DNA of 64,000 nucleotides, taken from NCBI RefSeq assembly GCF_009914755.1, contig NC_060933.1; one strand, 5' to 3'. This document shows, piece by piece, positions 35,200 through 49,750 of the stretch (position 1 is the stretch's first letter; each line of letters opens with the position of its first letter). The translations under genes and the position numbers were made by a program. Under the pieces are notes generated by a model. That model made no database searches and was not told the origin of the DNA. It worked only from the letters and a program-made list of their open reading frames with translations. This stretch comes from the human T2T-CHM13v2.0 reference genome, Homo sapiens.

Positions 35200-36170
35200 T
35201 TGGCGGACATCTCTACTACAATGTGGAAGAGTAGTGGAAATACAACATCCTTGTCATGTTCCTGATCTTAGAGGAAATGCCTTTGACGTTTCTCCATTAA
35301 ATAAGATACTAGCTTTAGGACAAAAATAAATAAATAAATAAATAATATATAAAAATAGCATACCTCAGTTCCTATGTTCTTGAGGGTTTTTGTTCTGTTG
35401 TAGTTGATTTTTGTTTGCTTCATGAAGGGGTACTGGATTTTGTCAAAGGCTCTCTCAGCATCCCTGGAAATAATCATATTATTTTTCCCCCTTAGGTTTA
35501 TTAATGTGGACTATGGTATTAATGGATTTTGAATAGTGAACCAACCTTGAATTATTGAATAAATCCCATTAATTCATGGTGTATTATTTTCTTAATGTGA
35601 TGTTGGATTCTGTTTGCTAAATTTCAAAAATTTTCAATGCTATTTATTAATGATACTGGTTAGTATATTTCTGTATACTCTTTATCTGGTTTGGGTATCG
35701 GTATTTTATTAGATTCATAAAATGAATTGGGAAGTTTTCCTTCTTTTTCAGTGCTCTGAAATATTTTAGAGAACATTGGTCTTTGAAGGTATGGTAGAAT
35801 TTCCTGTCAAAGCCCTTCGTGCTTTTGTGTAGAATAGTTCCTTAATACATTTCTCTATTTCTTCTATTAAAATTGGTCCATTTAAACTTTCCAACTCTAG
35901 TGAGGGTCAATTTTGGTAATTTTTATCTCCCTGGGAAATCAACTATCTACTTCACCCAGTTTTTCAAATTTATTTGCATAGAAATTTGTCATCTCTTATA
36001 ATTAAAAAAAATCTTCTGTTCCAATGGTTATTTCCCCCTTGTCATTTTAAATTTTATATATTTATGGTTTCCCCTTTTTTCTTGTTAGCTGTTTTTTTAA
36101 AACCTATATTTTATTTAAAACCTATATTTTATTTGTTAATTATATCCACCGTTTATTCACTTTCTCATTA
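35200..36170 (-). mobile_element. Old L1M ORF2 fragment
   Basis: Minus-strand peptide MIISRDAERAFDKIQYPFM resembles the L1 RT motif [14 protein letters not shown]. Confidence 0.8.
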
Positions 36171-36187
36171 ATTTTTGCTTTTAGTTT

Positions 36188-36198
<11 letters not shown>

Positions 36199-36218
<20 letters not shown>

Positions 36219-36500
36219 GAGACAGGGTCTCACTTTGTCACCCAGGCTGGAGTGCAGTCGTGAGATTATGGCTCACTGCAGCCTTGACCTCTCCAGGCCC
36301 AGTGATCCTTCTACCTCAGCCTCCTGAGTAGCTGGGACTACAGGCACACACCACCATGGCCAGCTAATATTTGTGTTTTTTGTAGAGATGGGGTTTCACC
36401 ATGTTGCTCAGGCTGGTCTGGAACTCATGGGCTCAAATAATCCTCCCACCTCGGCCTCCCAAAGTGCTAGGATTGCAGACGTGAGCCACAGCACCTGGCT
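36199..36500 (-). mobile_element. AluJ-type SINE
   Basis: Antisense dimer with poly-T head. Confidence 0.9.
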
Positions 36501-37304
36501 GCCTTTAGCTTTATTATTTTCTTTTTTGTGCTTTCTTTTGTTTTACTTTGTTTACTTTGTTGTTCTTTTTTTGGTGCTTTGAGCTGGAAATTTAATTTGT
36601 TTCATGTTATTTTCTTGCTTTCATTGATAAAAAAGTGTTTAGCGCAATGGATTTTCTTATCACTGCTTGAATTGAATCCCATAGAATCTGATATATTTTC
36701 ATCGTGATTAGGGACCCCCTTGGAAAAAAAAGAATACAAAATTAGGTACAGAGCATTGAAAGGGGCTAATTATGGGATAATCCATGATACTTGAATTTCA
36801 GTGGCTTCACAATAAATCCACCGCTGTTCAAGAATAAGACTTCGGAGTTTACACCTGAGTTTTGGGTAAGTGGTTGGCATTTTTGAGATGGGCAGCAGTA
36901 AGAAAAGACCCTGAGACCATGAGTAACAAGAAAAAGGAACTGGAAAGAGAATGAACTATAATGTGTAGGCAGAATTAATCTCAATATAATCTTACCATAT
37001 GCATGATTGTCTTACTATCACCAGCTGCAAATGATTAAAAGGAGTTTCTGAGTGTTAAGTAATGTGTTTCAGATCACACATTTGGTTAAATGAGGCTACA
37101 TCCAGCCCAGTCCAACCCTGAAGCCTATGTTTTCTTCGCTACATGCACCATATTGCTGGTGCCAGAAAGGACTGGCTTCAGTGCTCCTCCCATCTTCTTC
37201 CACAAGCTGTGAGCTGAGGAATTTCTTATAGAAAGTCACCTGGAAAGACAAGTACTGGCAGTGTGGGATTACTTATTGCAGGGAATTTGACAAAACATGG
37301 TGAC

Positions 37305-37850
37305 CATATTAGTCATCTATTGCTGTGTAATGAACTACACCCAAATGACAAACATTTATTATGTCACAGGCTCTGAGGGTCAGAAATCCAGGAGCAGCTT
37401 AGCTGGGTGCTTCTGGCTCAGGGTTTTTCATGAGGTTGACATCCAATGGTTGGCTAGAGCTACACTCATCTCAAGACTCAACTGGGGCTGGAGGATCTGC
37501 TTCCAAGCTCACTTATGCAGTGTGGATGGGCCTCAGTTTCTCACTGGTTACCAAGACTTCACCACATAGACTTCCTACCATGTAGGCCTCACTATGTAGG
37601 CTTCTCCATAGGGCTGCTCATAGGATGGCAGCTTGCTTCCCAGAGTGAGATGAGAGAGAGAGAGAGAGAGAACAAACCAGAAAGCCCACCCAAGATGGAA
37701 GCCACAGTCTTTTTATAACATATCTTAGAAGTAATACACCATCATTTATGTTTATTAGAAGCAAATCACTAGGTCCTACCCACACTCAAGGGGAGGGAAA
37801 TTGAACTGTACCTTTTGAAGGAAGGGGTATTTAAAATATGTGTGGACGCT
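37305..37850. mobile_element. MLT1-type MaLR LTR
   Basis: tattagtcatctattgctgtgtaa...ctgagggtcagaaatccaggagcagcttagctggg motifs. Confidence 0.7.
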
Positions 37851-37868
37851 GATGAGGTTCAGGACACG

Positions 37869-38587
37869 TGTCTCAGTCTGTTTTCTGTTGCTATAACCAA
37901 ATACCTGAGACTGGGCAATTGTTTTTTGGATAGGGTCTTGCTGTGTCACCCAGGCTGGAGTGCACTGGTGCATCTTGGCTCACTGCAGCCTCCACTTTCT
38001 GGGTTCAAGTGATTCTCCTGCCTCAGCCTCCTGAGTAGCTAGGATTACAGGCACATGCCACCATGCTTAGCTAATTTTTGTATTTTTAGTAGAAACGCGG
38101 TTTCACCATGTTGGCCAGGCTGGTCTCAAACTCCTGACCTCAGGTGATCCACCTGCCAAAGTGCTGGGATTACAGGAGTGAGCTACTATGCCTAGCCTGA
38201 GACTGGGTAATTTTTACAGGAAAAAAGTTTATTTGGCTCACAGTTTTGGAGACTGTGAAGTCCAAGAGCATGGTGACAGCTTCTGGCAAAGACTTTTGTA
38301 CTGTGTTGTTACATGCAGAGAAGTGAACAGGAAAGTGGGCATGAGCAAAAAGAGGGCAAAACATGAGGGGTGGCCTCGCTTTATAACACCCTGCTCTCAC
38401 AGGAACTAATCCAGTCTCTTGAGAGCAAGAACTCACCCCCACGAGCATTATTAACTCAGTCCTGAGAGAGCAGTGTTAATCCCTCCTAATGACCTCATCA
38501 CCTCTTAAAGACCCCATCTCCCAATACCATCACACTGGGACCAAATTTCCAACACATGAATTCTGGGGAACACAAACCACAGCAACA
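37869..38587. mobile_element. MST-type MaLR LTR interrupted by an Alu
   Basis: tgtctcagtctgttttctgttgctataac start; aaaccacagca end; Alu at 37922-38197 flanked by cctgagactggg TSD. Confidence 0.75.
37922..38197 (-). mobile_element. AluSx-type SINE
   Basis: Antisense dimer nested in the MST LTR. Confidence 0.9.
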
Positions 38588-38589
38588 CA

Positions 38590-39368
<779 letters not shown>

Positions 39369-39564
39369 TGTATTTTTAAACCCATCACACTGTTACTGGC
39401 TGTGTATGCAGACCTTTCAGAATTTATTCCTGCCATGGGATTTGTAACAAGGGGATTTTGCCTAGGCTAAAGCCATCCTCCAAAACCCATTCCTTGCTCT
39501 CCCTGTAAATCTAAGCCTCATCATTCCCTGTGGCATATAGAGAAGAGGTCACCCTCATTCATGC

Positions 39565-40320
39565 CTGCATTCATTCACTCACTCAGCAAATATTCATCAT
39601 GTGACAATGAGATGTTGGGCATAGCCCCAGGTACTGGGGATAGAGAAGTGGAAAAAGCACATGAAGTCTCTGCCCTCATAGAGCTCACATTTGAATGGGA
39701 GGAGCCAGACAATGAATAAAAAGATAATTGAAGTAACAGCAATGGTAGTAAGGGCTATGAAGAAAAATAATGGATAGGAAGTGATGGGCACTGCTACCTT
39801 AGAGTGACCATGGTAGGTCCTCTGCACTGTGTTGGAGGAGGTACTCAGAGAAATCCCCTTTGCTGAGGTGACATTTCAGCAGAAATTTGAATGAAATGAG
39901 AGTCAGCCACAGGGATATTGGGAGAAAGTACAGCAGTGGCAAAGGCCCTGAGGCAGGAGTGTTCTCGGTGTGTGTTCAGGGAGTATTGTGGTTGGAATGG
40001 AGTGAGCAAAAGAATGAATAGGAAATGAAATCAGAGAGGTAGCCAGGCATCAGATCAGGGCTTTGCAAGGTCCTTGGATTTAGTCTAGTGTGATGGAACT
40101 CACTTGGAGGGTTTTGAGCAGAGGAAAGATGCAATCTGATTTCATCATGTTCTTGGGGTCACTCTGACTGCTAAATGAGGGATGGGATGGGGGAGAAGAG
40201 AGGAAACAGGGGGCCAGTTAGGGGACTGCTGTGGCCATCCAGGTAAAGAAGGTGGTGGCTTGTTCTGAGGAGGACACAGTGGAGGTCATGAGACATGGTC
40301 AGATTTGGATGTGATACCTT
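39565..40320. mobile_element. L2 LINE 3' fragment
   Basis: cattcattcactcactcagcaaatattc tail and ggttttgagcagagg...atctgattt motifs. Confidence 0.7.
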
Positions 40321-40752
40321 CCACATTGCTGTTTCCAGGAAGTGGTGCTGATGACTTAAGATGAGGATGTTTCTGCTACTTTTGTATGTTTCTAGCGAAC
40401 TGGTGGTCATTCTTTTAACAAACTCCCATGTTATGTACTATGTTCCAGGTGCTCTCCTGGTGTAATGGGTAAAGAAGTGAACCAGACACTGTCCCCACCC
40501 ACAAGACAATCACAGAACATCAGAGAAGAGAGGCAGAGCAGATACATCACATTCCAATGTGCTAAATGCTGGAAAAAATACTAGAGGCATCACAAAGCAG
40601 CAAGCCATTCACCCTGCGAGCAGGCGCAAAGACTGAATAGGATTTGCATGGGCAGGAAAGGGGTGGCAGGTGTTGCAGGCGCAGGATAAAGCTGTCCATG
40701 TCCGGGAGCAGTGGGGAGCCACAGAAGATGAGGCAAGACAGAAGTTAGAGTC

Positions 40753-41207
<455 letters not shown>

Positions 41208-41220
41208 CTACTGTTAATAC

Positions 41221-41612
41221 TTTCACTTGCGTCCGTGTGAAGAGACCACCAAACAGGCGTTGTGTGAGCAATAAAGCCGTTTATTTCACCTGGGTGCAGG
41301 CGGGCTGAGTCCGAAAAGAGTCAGCGAAGGGAGATAGGAGTGGGGCTGTTTTATAGGATTTGGGTAGGTAAAGGAAAAAGGGGGGTTGTTCTCTGGCAGG
41401 CAGGAGTGGGGGTCACAAGGTGCTCAGTAGGGGAGCTTTTGAGCCAGGAGAAGGAATTTCACAAGATATTGTCATCAGTTAAGGCAGGAACAGGCCATTT
41501 TCACTTCTTTTGTGGTGGAATGTCATCAGTTAAGGCAGGAACCAGCCATCTGGATGTGTACGTGCAGGTCACAGGGGATATGATGGCTTAGCTTGGGCTC
41601 AGAGGCCTGACA
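41221..41612 (-). repeat. HERV-H 3' LTR (LTR7)
   Basis: Minus strand begins tgtcaggcctctgagcccaagc and ends ...gtgaaa; preceded by PPT aagaagacaggaa. Confidence 0.93.
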
Positions 41613-42868
41613 TTCCTGTCTTCTTATATTAATAAGAAAAATAAAACGAAATAGTGGTAAAGTGTTAGGACAGTGAAAATTTTTTGGGGATGGTATGGAG
41701 AGAGAATGAGCGATGTTTCTCAGGGCTGCTTCGAGCGGGATTGGGGCAGCGTGGGAACCTAGAGTGGGAGAGATTAAGCTGAAGGAAGATTTTGTGGTAA
41801 GGGGTGATATTGTGGGGTTGTTAGAAGAAACATTTGTCATTTAGAATTATTGGTGATGGCCTGGATACGGTTTTGTATGAATTGAAAAACTAAACGGAAT
41901 AAGAGAAGGAGAGAAACAGGTATTAAAGGACTAAGAATTGGGAGGACCTGGGACATCTAATTAGAGAGTGCCTAAGGAGGTTCAGCATAGCCTTGCCAGC
42001 AAAAATTATTTATTTACTTCAAGAGTTAAGAGTGGTGGTTTGGGGATAGCACCAGGAGATATCAGCTGTGATGGCTTGGAGAAACAGTGTAAACTGGCAG
42101 TGTAAACAAGAGCAGGGCATGTGTGAGTAGTTGAGAACGGTGATAGGAGTATGATTAGACAGAAGATAGTAGGGATGACAAGTTTTTTGGGGCACAGTCC
42201 AAGTTGGTCTGGTGTCTGGAATGAGACTGGGGCCTAATAAAAAGGAGCCTCTATACAGGAGCTCAAATGGGCTGTACCCTGTAGCTTTCTGAGGACAGGC
42301 CTGAATTCTGAGAAGGGGAAGTGGTAAAAGTATCGTCCAGTCCTTTTTAAGTTGGTGGCTGAGATTGGTGAGGTGTGTTTTTAAAAGACCATTAGTCTGT
42401 TCTACCTTTCCTGAAAACTGAGGACTGTAAGGGATATAAAGGTTTCACTGAATACTAAGAGCCTGAAAAAATGCTTAGCTGATTTGACTAATAAAGGCCG
42501 GTCTGCTATTGGACTGTATAGAGGTGGGAAGGCCAAACCGAGGAATTATGTCTGACAGAAGGGAAGAAATGACCGTGGTGGCCTTCTTACACCCTGTGGG
42601 GAAGGCCTATACCTATCCAGTGAAAGTGTCTACCTAGACCAAGAGTTATTTTAGTTTCCTGACTCGGGGCATGTTGAGTGAAGCCAATTTGCCAGTCCTG
42701 GGTGGGGGCAAATCCCTGAGCTTGATGTGTAGGGAAGGGAGGGGGCCTGAATAATCCCTGAGGAGTAGTAGAATAGCACATGGAACACTGAGAAGTTATT
42801 TCCTTGAGGATATATTTCCATGATGGAAAGGAAATGAGAGGTTCTAAGAGGTGGGCTAGTGGCTTGTA

Positions 42869-44199
42869 CTATAGCATAGCCTGCCTTTGCTGGTGTTTGG
42901 CGATTACGCCTGTGGAACTGCCATCAATAAACCAAGTGTGATCAGGGTGAGAAACAGGGAAGAAGGAAATGTGGGGAAATGGGGTGAACATCAGGTGGAT
43001 CAGAGAGATGCAGTCATGAGGGTCAGGTGTGGTATCAGGAATAATGTGGGAGGCCAGATTGAAGTCCGGGCCAGGAACAGTGGTAACTGTGGGAGACTCA
43101 ACAAAGAGTGAGTACAGCTGAAGGAGCCGGGGAGCAGAAAGTATATGCAACAGGTGTGAGGAAGAAAATAGATTTTGGAAATTATGAGAGCTGTAGAGAG
43201 TGAGTTGAGCATAGTTTGTGATTTTAAGGGCCTCTAAAAGTATTAGGGAGGCAGCAGCCGCTGCATGGAGACATGATGGCCAGCCTAAAACAGTAAGGTC
43301 AAGTTGTTTGGACAAAAAGGCTACAGGACGCGATCCCGGTCCTTGTGTAAGAATTCCGACTGCACAACCCTGCACTTCAGCTGTGTGTAATGAAAAGGGT
43401 TGGGATGAATCAGGGAAAGCTAGGGTGGGGGCAGTCTTTAAAGCTGTCTTCAAGGAACGGAAAGAGGAGTGGGGAAAGGATTTAGGATCTATGGGGTCAG
43501 CTAGGTTTCCTTTTGTGAGTGTATATAATGGTTTTGTTAGGATGGCAAAACCAGGTATCCAAAGGCGAAAGTATCCAACCATGCCCCGGAAAGAAAGGAG
43601 TTGTTGTTTTGTAGAAGAGGTTGGGGTTTGAGAGATTAGTCAGACACGATCAGCAGGGAGAGCACGTGTGTTTTTATGAGAATTATGCCGAGACGGGTAA
43701 CAGATAAGGAAGAAATTTGGGCTTGACTGAAGTAATGGGGGCTGTCTGAAGTTTGTGGCAGTACAGCCTAGGTAATTTGCTGAGCCTGATGGGTGTCAGG
43801 GTCAGTCCAAGTGAAAGCAAAGAGAGGCTGGGATGAAGGGTGCAAAGGAATAGTAAGGAAAGCATGTTTGAGATCCAGAACACAATAATGGATTGTGGAG
43901 GGAGGTATTGAGGATAGGAGAGTATATGGGTTTGGCACCATGGGGCGGATAGGCAAAACAATTTGGTTGATAAGGCATAAATCCTGAACTAACTTGTAAG
44001 GCTTGTCTGGTTTTAGGACAGGTAAAATGGGGGAATTGTAAGGAGAGTTTATAGGCTTTAAAAGGCCATGCTGTAGCAGGCGAGTGATAACAGGCTTTAA
44101 TCCTTTCAAAGCATGCTGTGGAATGGGATATTGGCATTGAGCAGGGTAAGGGTGATTAGGTTTTAATGAGATGGTAAGGGGTGCATGATCGGTCGCCAA
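42869..44199 (-). pseudogene. HERV-H pol remnant (RT and RNase H), disrupted
   Basis: ORFs 43768-44199 (SPYNSPILPV..LVQDL..VLDLKHAF) and 42869-43582 (GYFRLWIPGFA..PVAFLSKQLD..WFIDGSS). Confidence 0.9.
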
Positions 44200-44230
44200 G
44201 GAGGGAGTAGAGGTATCTTATACTTGTGGG

Positions 44231-44560
44231 TTAAGGTTGGGGGGATACAAGAGGAGGACGCAAAGGAGGCTTTGGATTGGGAAGAAGGGCGGCAATGAGA
44301 TGTAGCTGTAGTCCAGGAATAGTCAGGGAAGCAGATAATTTAGTTAAAGTGTCTCGGCCTAATAAGGGAACTGGGCAGGTGGGGATAACTAAAAAGGAGT
44401 GCTTAAAAGAGTATTGTCTAATTTGGCACCAGAGTTGGGGAGTTTTAAGAGGTTTAGAAGCCTGGCTGTCAATACCCACAACAGTTATGGAGGCAAGGGA
44501 AACAGGCCCTTAAAAAGAAGGTAATGTGGAGTGCATAGCCTCCATATTGATTAAGAAGAG
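44231..44560 (-). pseudogene. HERV-H protease remnant
   Basis: HSFLVIPTCPVPLLGRD retroviral protease C-terminal motif; 5' boundary approximate. Confidence 0.8.
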
Positions 44561-44644
44561 GATGGATTTACCTTCCACTGTGAGAGTTACCTAAAGCTCG
44601 GCATCCGTGATGGTCTACGGGGCTTCCGAGGCGATCGGGCAGCA

Positions 44645-44974
44645 TCAGCCTTCAGCCGCTAAGCCGAGAAGATCTGGGAAGGAGTCAGTCAGAGAGCCTT
44701 GGGCCAGAGTTCCAGGGGCTCTGGGAGTGGCTGCCAGGTGAGTTGAACAGTCCGATTTCCAGTGGGGTCCTGCACAGATGGGACACGGCTTAGGAGGAAT
44801 CCTGGGCTGCGGGCATTCCTTGGCCTGGTGGCCAGATTTCTGGCACTTGTAGCAAGCTCCTGGGGGAGGCAGTTCTGGAGGAACGCCTGGCCACTGCGGT
44901 TTAGGTGTTTGGAAGTTCTTGTGTGCTGGAGATGTGGCTGGGGTTTGTCTCACAGTGGAGGCAAGGAATTGCAA
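44645..44974 (-). pseudogene. HERV-H gag nucleocapsid remnant
   Basis: Two zinc knuckles, CYKCQKSGHQAKEC and CPICAGPHWKSDC. Confidence 0.9.
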
Positions 44975-46521
44975 CTCAGAAATATGTTGCTACTTGGCTG
45001 CCTCTACTCTATTATTGTACACCTTGAAGGCGAGGTTAATTAAGTCCTGTTGTGGGGTTTGAGGGCTGGAATTTAATTTTTGGAGTTTCATTTAATGTCG
45101 GGAGCAGATTGGGTAATAAAATGTATATTGAGAATAAGACGGCCTTTTGACCTTTTAGGATCTAGGGCTGTAAAGCGTCTCAGGGTTGCTGCCAAACAAG
45201 CCATGAACTGGGCTGGATTTTTATATTTGATGAAAAAGAGCCTAAACGCTATCTGATTTGGGATAAAGAAAAAGGAGCATTAACCTTGACTATGCCTTTA
45301 GCTCCAGTCACCTTTTTAAGAGTAAATTGCTGGGCAGGTGGGGAAGGGCTAGTCACGGAACGAAACTGTAAGCCGGACCGGGTGTGAGGAAGGGAGGTGA
45401 TAAAAGGATTATAGGGTGGAGGAGCAGAGGCTGAGGAAGAATTGGGACCTAGCTCGGCCTGGCGAGGAGGGGACAGGTTAGATGGGTCTGCAGAAAAGGA
45501 AGATTACAAAGACTCAGCGATGCTTGGGGTTGGGACTGAGGGGACAGGTGGGAGGGAAAGATGGAAGATTTGGGACGAGTCACATTGGGAACAGGGACTA
45601 GGGAGGGACCAATGTGTAAAAGAATGCCTGGACGTCAGGCACCTCAAACCGTTTGCCTATTTTACAACAAGAATTATTTAGATCTTGTAGGATGGAAAAA
45701 TTGAAAGTGCCGTTTTCCGGCTATTTGGAATTACTGTCGAGTTTGTATTGGGGTCAAGCGGCATTGCAGAAGAAAATAAGACGCTTAGATTTTAGGTCAG
45801 GTGAGAGTTGAAGAGGTTTTAAGTTCTTAAGAACACAGGCTAAGGAAGAAGGAGGAATGGAAGGTGGAAGCTTGCCTATAGTGAAGGAGGCAAGCCCAGA
45901 GAAAAGAGAGTAGAGACACGGAGAAGGGGTGGGGGGTTCTTGTCCTCCAGAAAAGCAGAGAAGGGGTTGGGGCATGGAAATAAGGGGTTGTGGCACAGAG
46001 ATAAGAGGTCGGGGCACGGAAATAAGGGATGGGGCGCAGAGATAAGAGGTCGGGGTTCCTGTCCCTCCCCCAGAAAAGTGGGACTTGCCGCTAAGGGTGA
46101 AGGACGAAGGCAGGTGTCCCTGCGTGGTCTGACACGTCTGAAACCTGGGTGAATAATCAGAGAGGTGTCCTTGCAGTGATTAAACACCAAGGGAAGGCTG
46201 CCTTCCCTAGTCCATGACCGGCGCCGGAGTTTTGGGTCCACGGATAAAACGTGTCTCCTTTGTCTCTACCAGAAAATGAAAAGAATTGAAATTAAGAGAA
46301 GGGAGAGATTGAAGTGTGACACCAAGATTGAAACGAGAAAGAGGTTGAGGGATAGTGAGGGAGGTTGGAGAAGAGAGTAAAAAGAGGCCGCTTTTCGGAT
46401 TTGAAATTGGTGAGATGTTTCTTGGTCTGGTTGGTCTGAGGACCTGAGGGCATAGGTGGATCTTTCTCACGGAGCAAAGAGCAGGAGGACAGGGGATTGA
46501 TCCCCCAAGGGAGGTCCCCCG

Positions 46522-46539
46522 ATCGGAGTCACGGCACTA
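46522..46539 (-). promoter_or_regulatory. Primer binding site, tRNA-His (2 mismatches)
   Basis: TAGTGCCGTGACTCCGAT versus recalled TGGTGCCGTGACTCGGAT, immediately 3' of the 5' LTR. Confidence 0.85.
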
Positions 46540-46541
46540 AA

Positions 46542-47500
<959 letters not shown>

Positions 47501-47819
47501 TCATGATCTCCACTGTGTCCTCCTCAGAACAAGCCACCACCCTCTTTACCCGAAGATTGCTTTTTCCCTTTTTACAATGTTTCTAAATTTCTGTCAATGT
47601 TCATGTGAATATGCATTTGTCTTACAGTCAGAAAAATTGTTTCTAAATAAAGATTGAAAATTGATTTAAAACAAGGATCTGCCCAATATGATGGAGAAGG
47701 GGGGCCTGAAGAAGCCGATTTCGAGCAGAGGACAAACTACTTTGGAAGCAGGGGGCAGAACTTGCTCTCTGATTGGGTGTGGGAGAGAGGCAAGAGTCAA
47801 AGTTAAATTCAGCCTCACC

Positions 47820-48415
47820 TCTTCAGCCCTCCTCAGTGCAGCAGCCCGAGCGGTCCTGTTAAAACAAGTCAGATCACATCCTCCTCTGCTCACTGCCCCC
47901 CAGTAGCTCCCACCTTGCTTGGCATAAACACCAGTATTCTTAGAGTCACTTCACAGCATAAACTTTCCCACCCATCCTAGTGTTGTCTCTCAATTCAGGA
48001 CCTCTTCCCCTCTCCCTCTCACCCTCCCTCCCTCTGCTCTCCTCACTTCCTGGAAGAGGCCTAGGAGTTCTTGCCTCAGGGCCTTTGCACCTGCCAGCCG
48101 CCTGTCTGTTTTCCCTGTCTGTTTTGCCCTCTCAACTCCTTCAAGTCTTGACTCCAGTGTACCCTTCTCAGTGAGGGCTTTTCTGGCTGCCCTCTCCAAA
48201 TACATCCCTCTAGAACTCTTATCTTTTCCCTATTTTTTTCTCTTCGCACGCTCCACAACTTAATTTAACTATCTCTTTTACTTATTTAACTTGATTTTTT
48301 TGTCTCCCTCGCTGGAATATATATAAATAGCAGGAAAGCAGGGATTTTGTTCAGTGAGGTCTTCTCAGCTCCCGTCACAGAATTAACCGCAGTCAGATGT
48401 TTGCTGACTGAATGA
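47820..48415. mobile_element. L2 fragment
   Basis: tcagatcacatcctcctctgctc, cctcagggcctttgcac and tgtttgctgactgaatga motifs. Confidence 0.65.
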
Positions 48416-48599
48416 CCATAATCTAAGAACCTAAACATTCCATTTACCACAAAAAGACCATCAGATTTATTCATCGTTTAGTAAAAGACATTTATTTGAT
48501 GGCTAGACTTCTTTCAATAGTAAACTCTCTTGGTAACATTTTCACATTATTTCTTGGTCACTTTCTTTGTTTTCGGGGACAGCATAATTTAGAGACTAG

Positions 48600-49750
48600 A
48601 AATTGCGGGGAGGTGGTGGTAACCGGGTCCGGTCTCCGGCCGACGGGAGGATGGGGGCCACTAGGGCCGTCAGATCTCGCCGCGAAGGCGCAGAGCTTGG
48701 GCTTGCTGGTTCCAGCGTGGTTCCCACCTCCTGGGGAGCGGGGGGCTGCGCTACTCAGGGCGCTCGCTGCTCCCGTGGCGGTTTATGGCCTGTGTGGCCT
48801 GGACGTCGCGATTATTGTCCAAGACTTTCTCCTAGCAGCAGTGGCAGTTCCGGTTCTGCTGGCGAAGGTGCGGGTCTAAGAGGCGTAGACCGTTTTCCCC
48901 TGGGGGCTTGTGGGGATCCAGCGCCCACCAGAGAGGCGGCTGCAGGCTAACTCCACGAGCCACTCGAGCCAGCTGTGCTCATGTCTCCCTTGGCCCTCCC
49001 CGCTTCTGGTGCAGAATGGAGCCTCCCGCGTCCCAGGCCGGGAAAAACGCGACCCCCATCAGATTGGCTGGGACCCCCAGGATCCCGGCTATTGGGAGAC
49101 GCTGCGCTGGAGGGAACGTTTTGGAACGCGGGGTGGGGTCGGTGGGCGCTTCCCTCCTGCCTCTGGGCTCCAGCCTGATGTCTCCTCCCTGCCTAACTAA
49201 TTTCGAATGGAAATAACCTGAGGAGTAAAGCAGCAGAAGCGGTCGTTTTATTCCATGCCCACCCTCGCCTACTATAGATCAGCCGAGAGAACACGGGGGA
49301 CGGCTTTCTCTATTACTAAAGGGAACTGAGGATGGAGGGGGAAGGGGACTGGGCAGTCCTTGGGGAGGGAATCTAGACCATGCCAGGCCCCAGACTCCTT
49401 TCCCGGCAGGGCCTATGTCCTGGGGTTTATTGAAATCGTTGCTGTATTCCCCCGCGGCCCACCAGGTGGCTGTAGCGGGTCACACATTGGGCTGGAGAAG
49501 GCCAGGAGAGCCAGGGCCGGAGAAACGCCTCGTCCACTTCCAAGCAGGGCGAGTCCCAGTAGCCTATGGGGACTCCAGCCTAGGACGTGGGCCACCGAGG
49601 CTCCTAGAATCATCGTGGCTAACAGCCATGGAACGATCGCCACGGTCCTTGCATCCGCAGCTCCCAGCACCGTGGCTGGCACCAAGCAGTGCTCCGAAGC
49701 TTCTTTCTGGGAAGGAAGGCTGAAGGGTGAGAACGCAAGCGAGCAATGAA
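48600..49750. promoter_or_regulatory. Orphan CpG-rich island / candidate promoter or enhancer
   Basis: Dense CpG in largely non-repeat sequence; ATTGG (CCAAT on -) at 49063-49067; GC/GT boxes at ~49130-49149. Confidence 0.65.
49459..49472 (+). promoter_or_regulatory. CTCF-consensus motif CCACCAGGTGGCTG
   Basis: 13/14 match to CCASYAGRKGGCRS. Confidence 0.55.

Noticed and set aside
36097-36133. 18-bp tandem duplication aaaacctatattttattt
   Set aside because: Ordinary slippage in AT-rich L1 decay.
45955-46056. Imperfect ~29-33 nt repeats (aataagggg...gagataagagg)
   Set aside because: Normal repeat region of the HERV-H leader, not a CRISPR or novel array.
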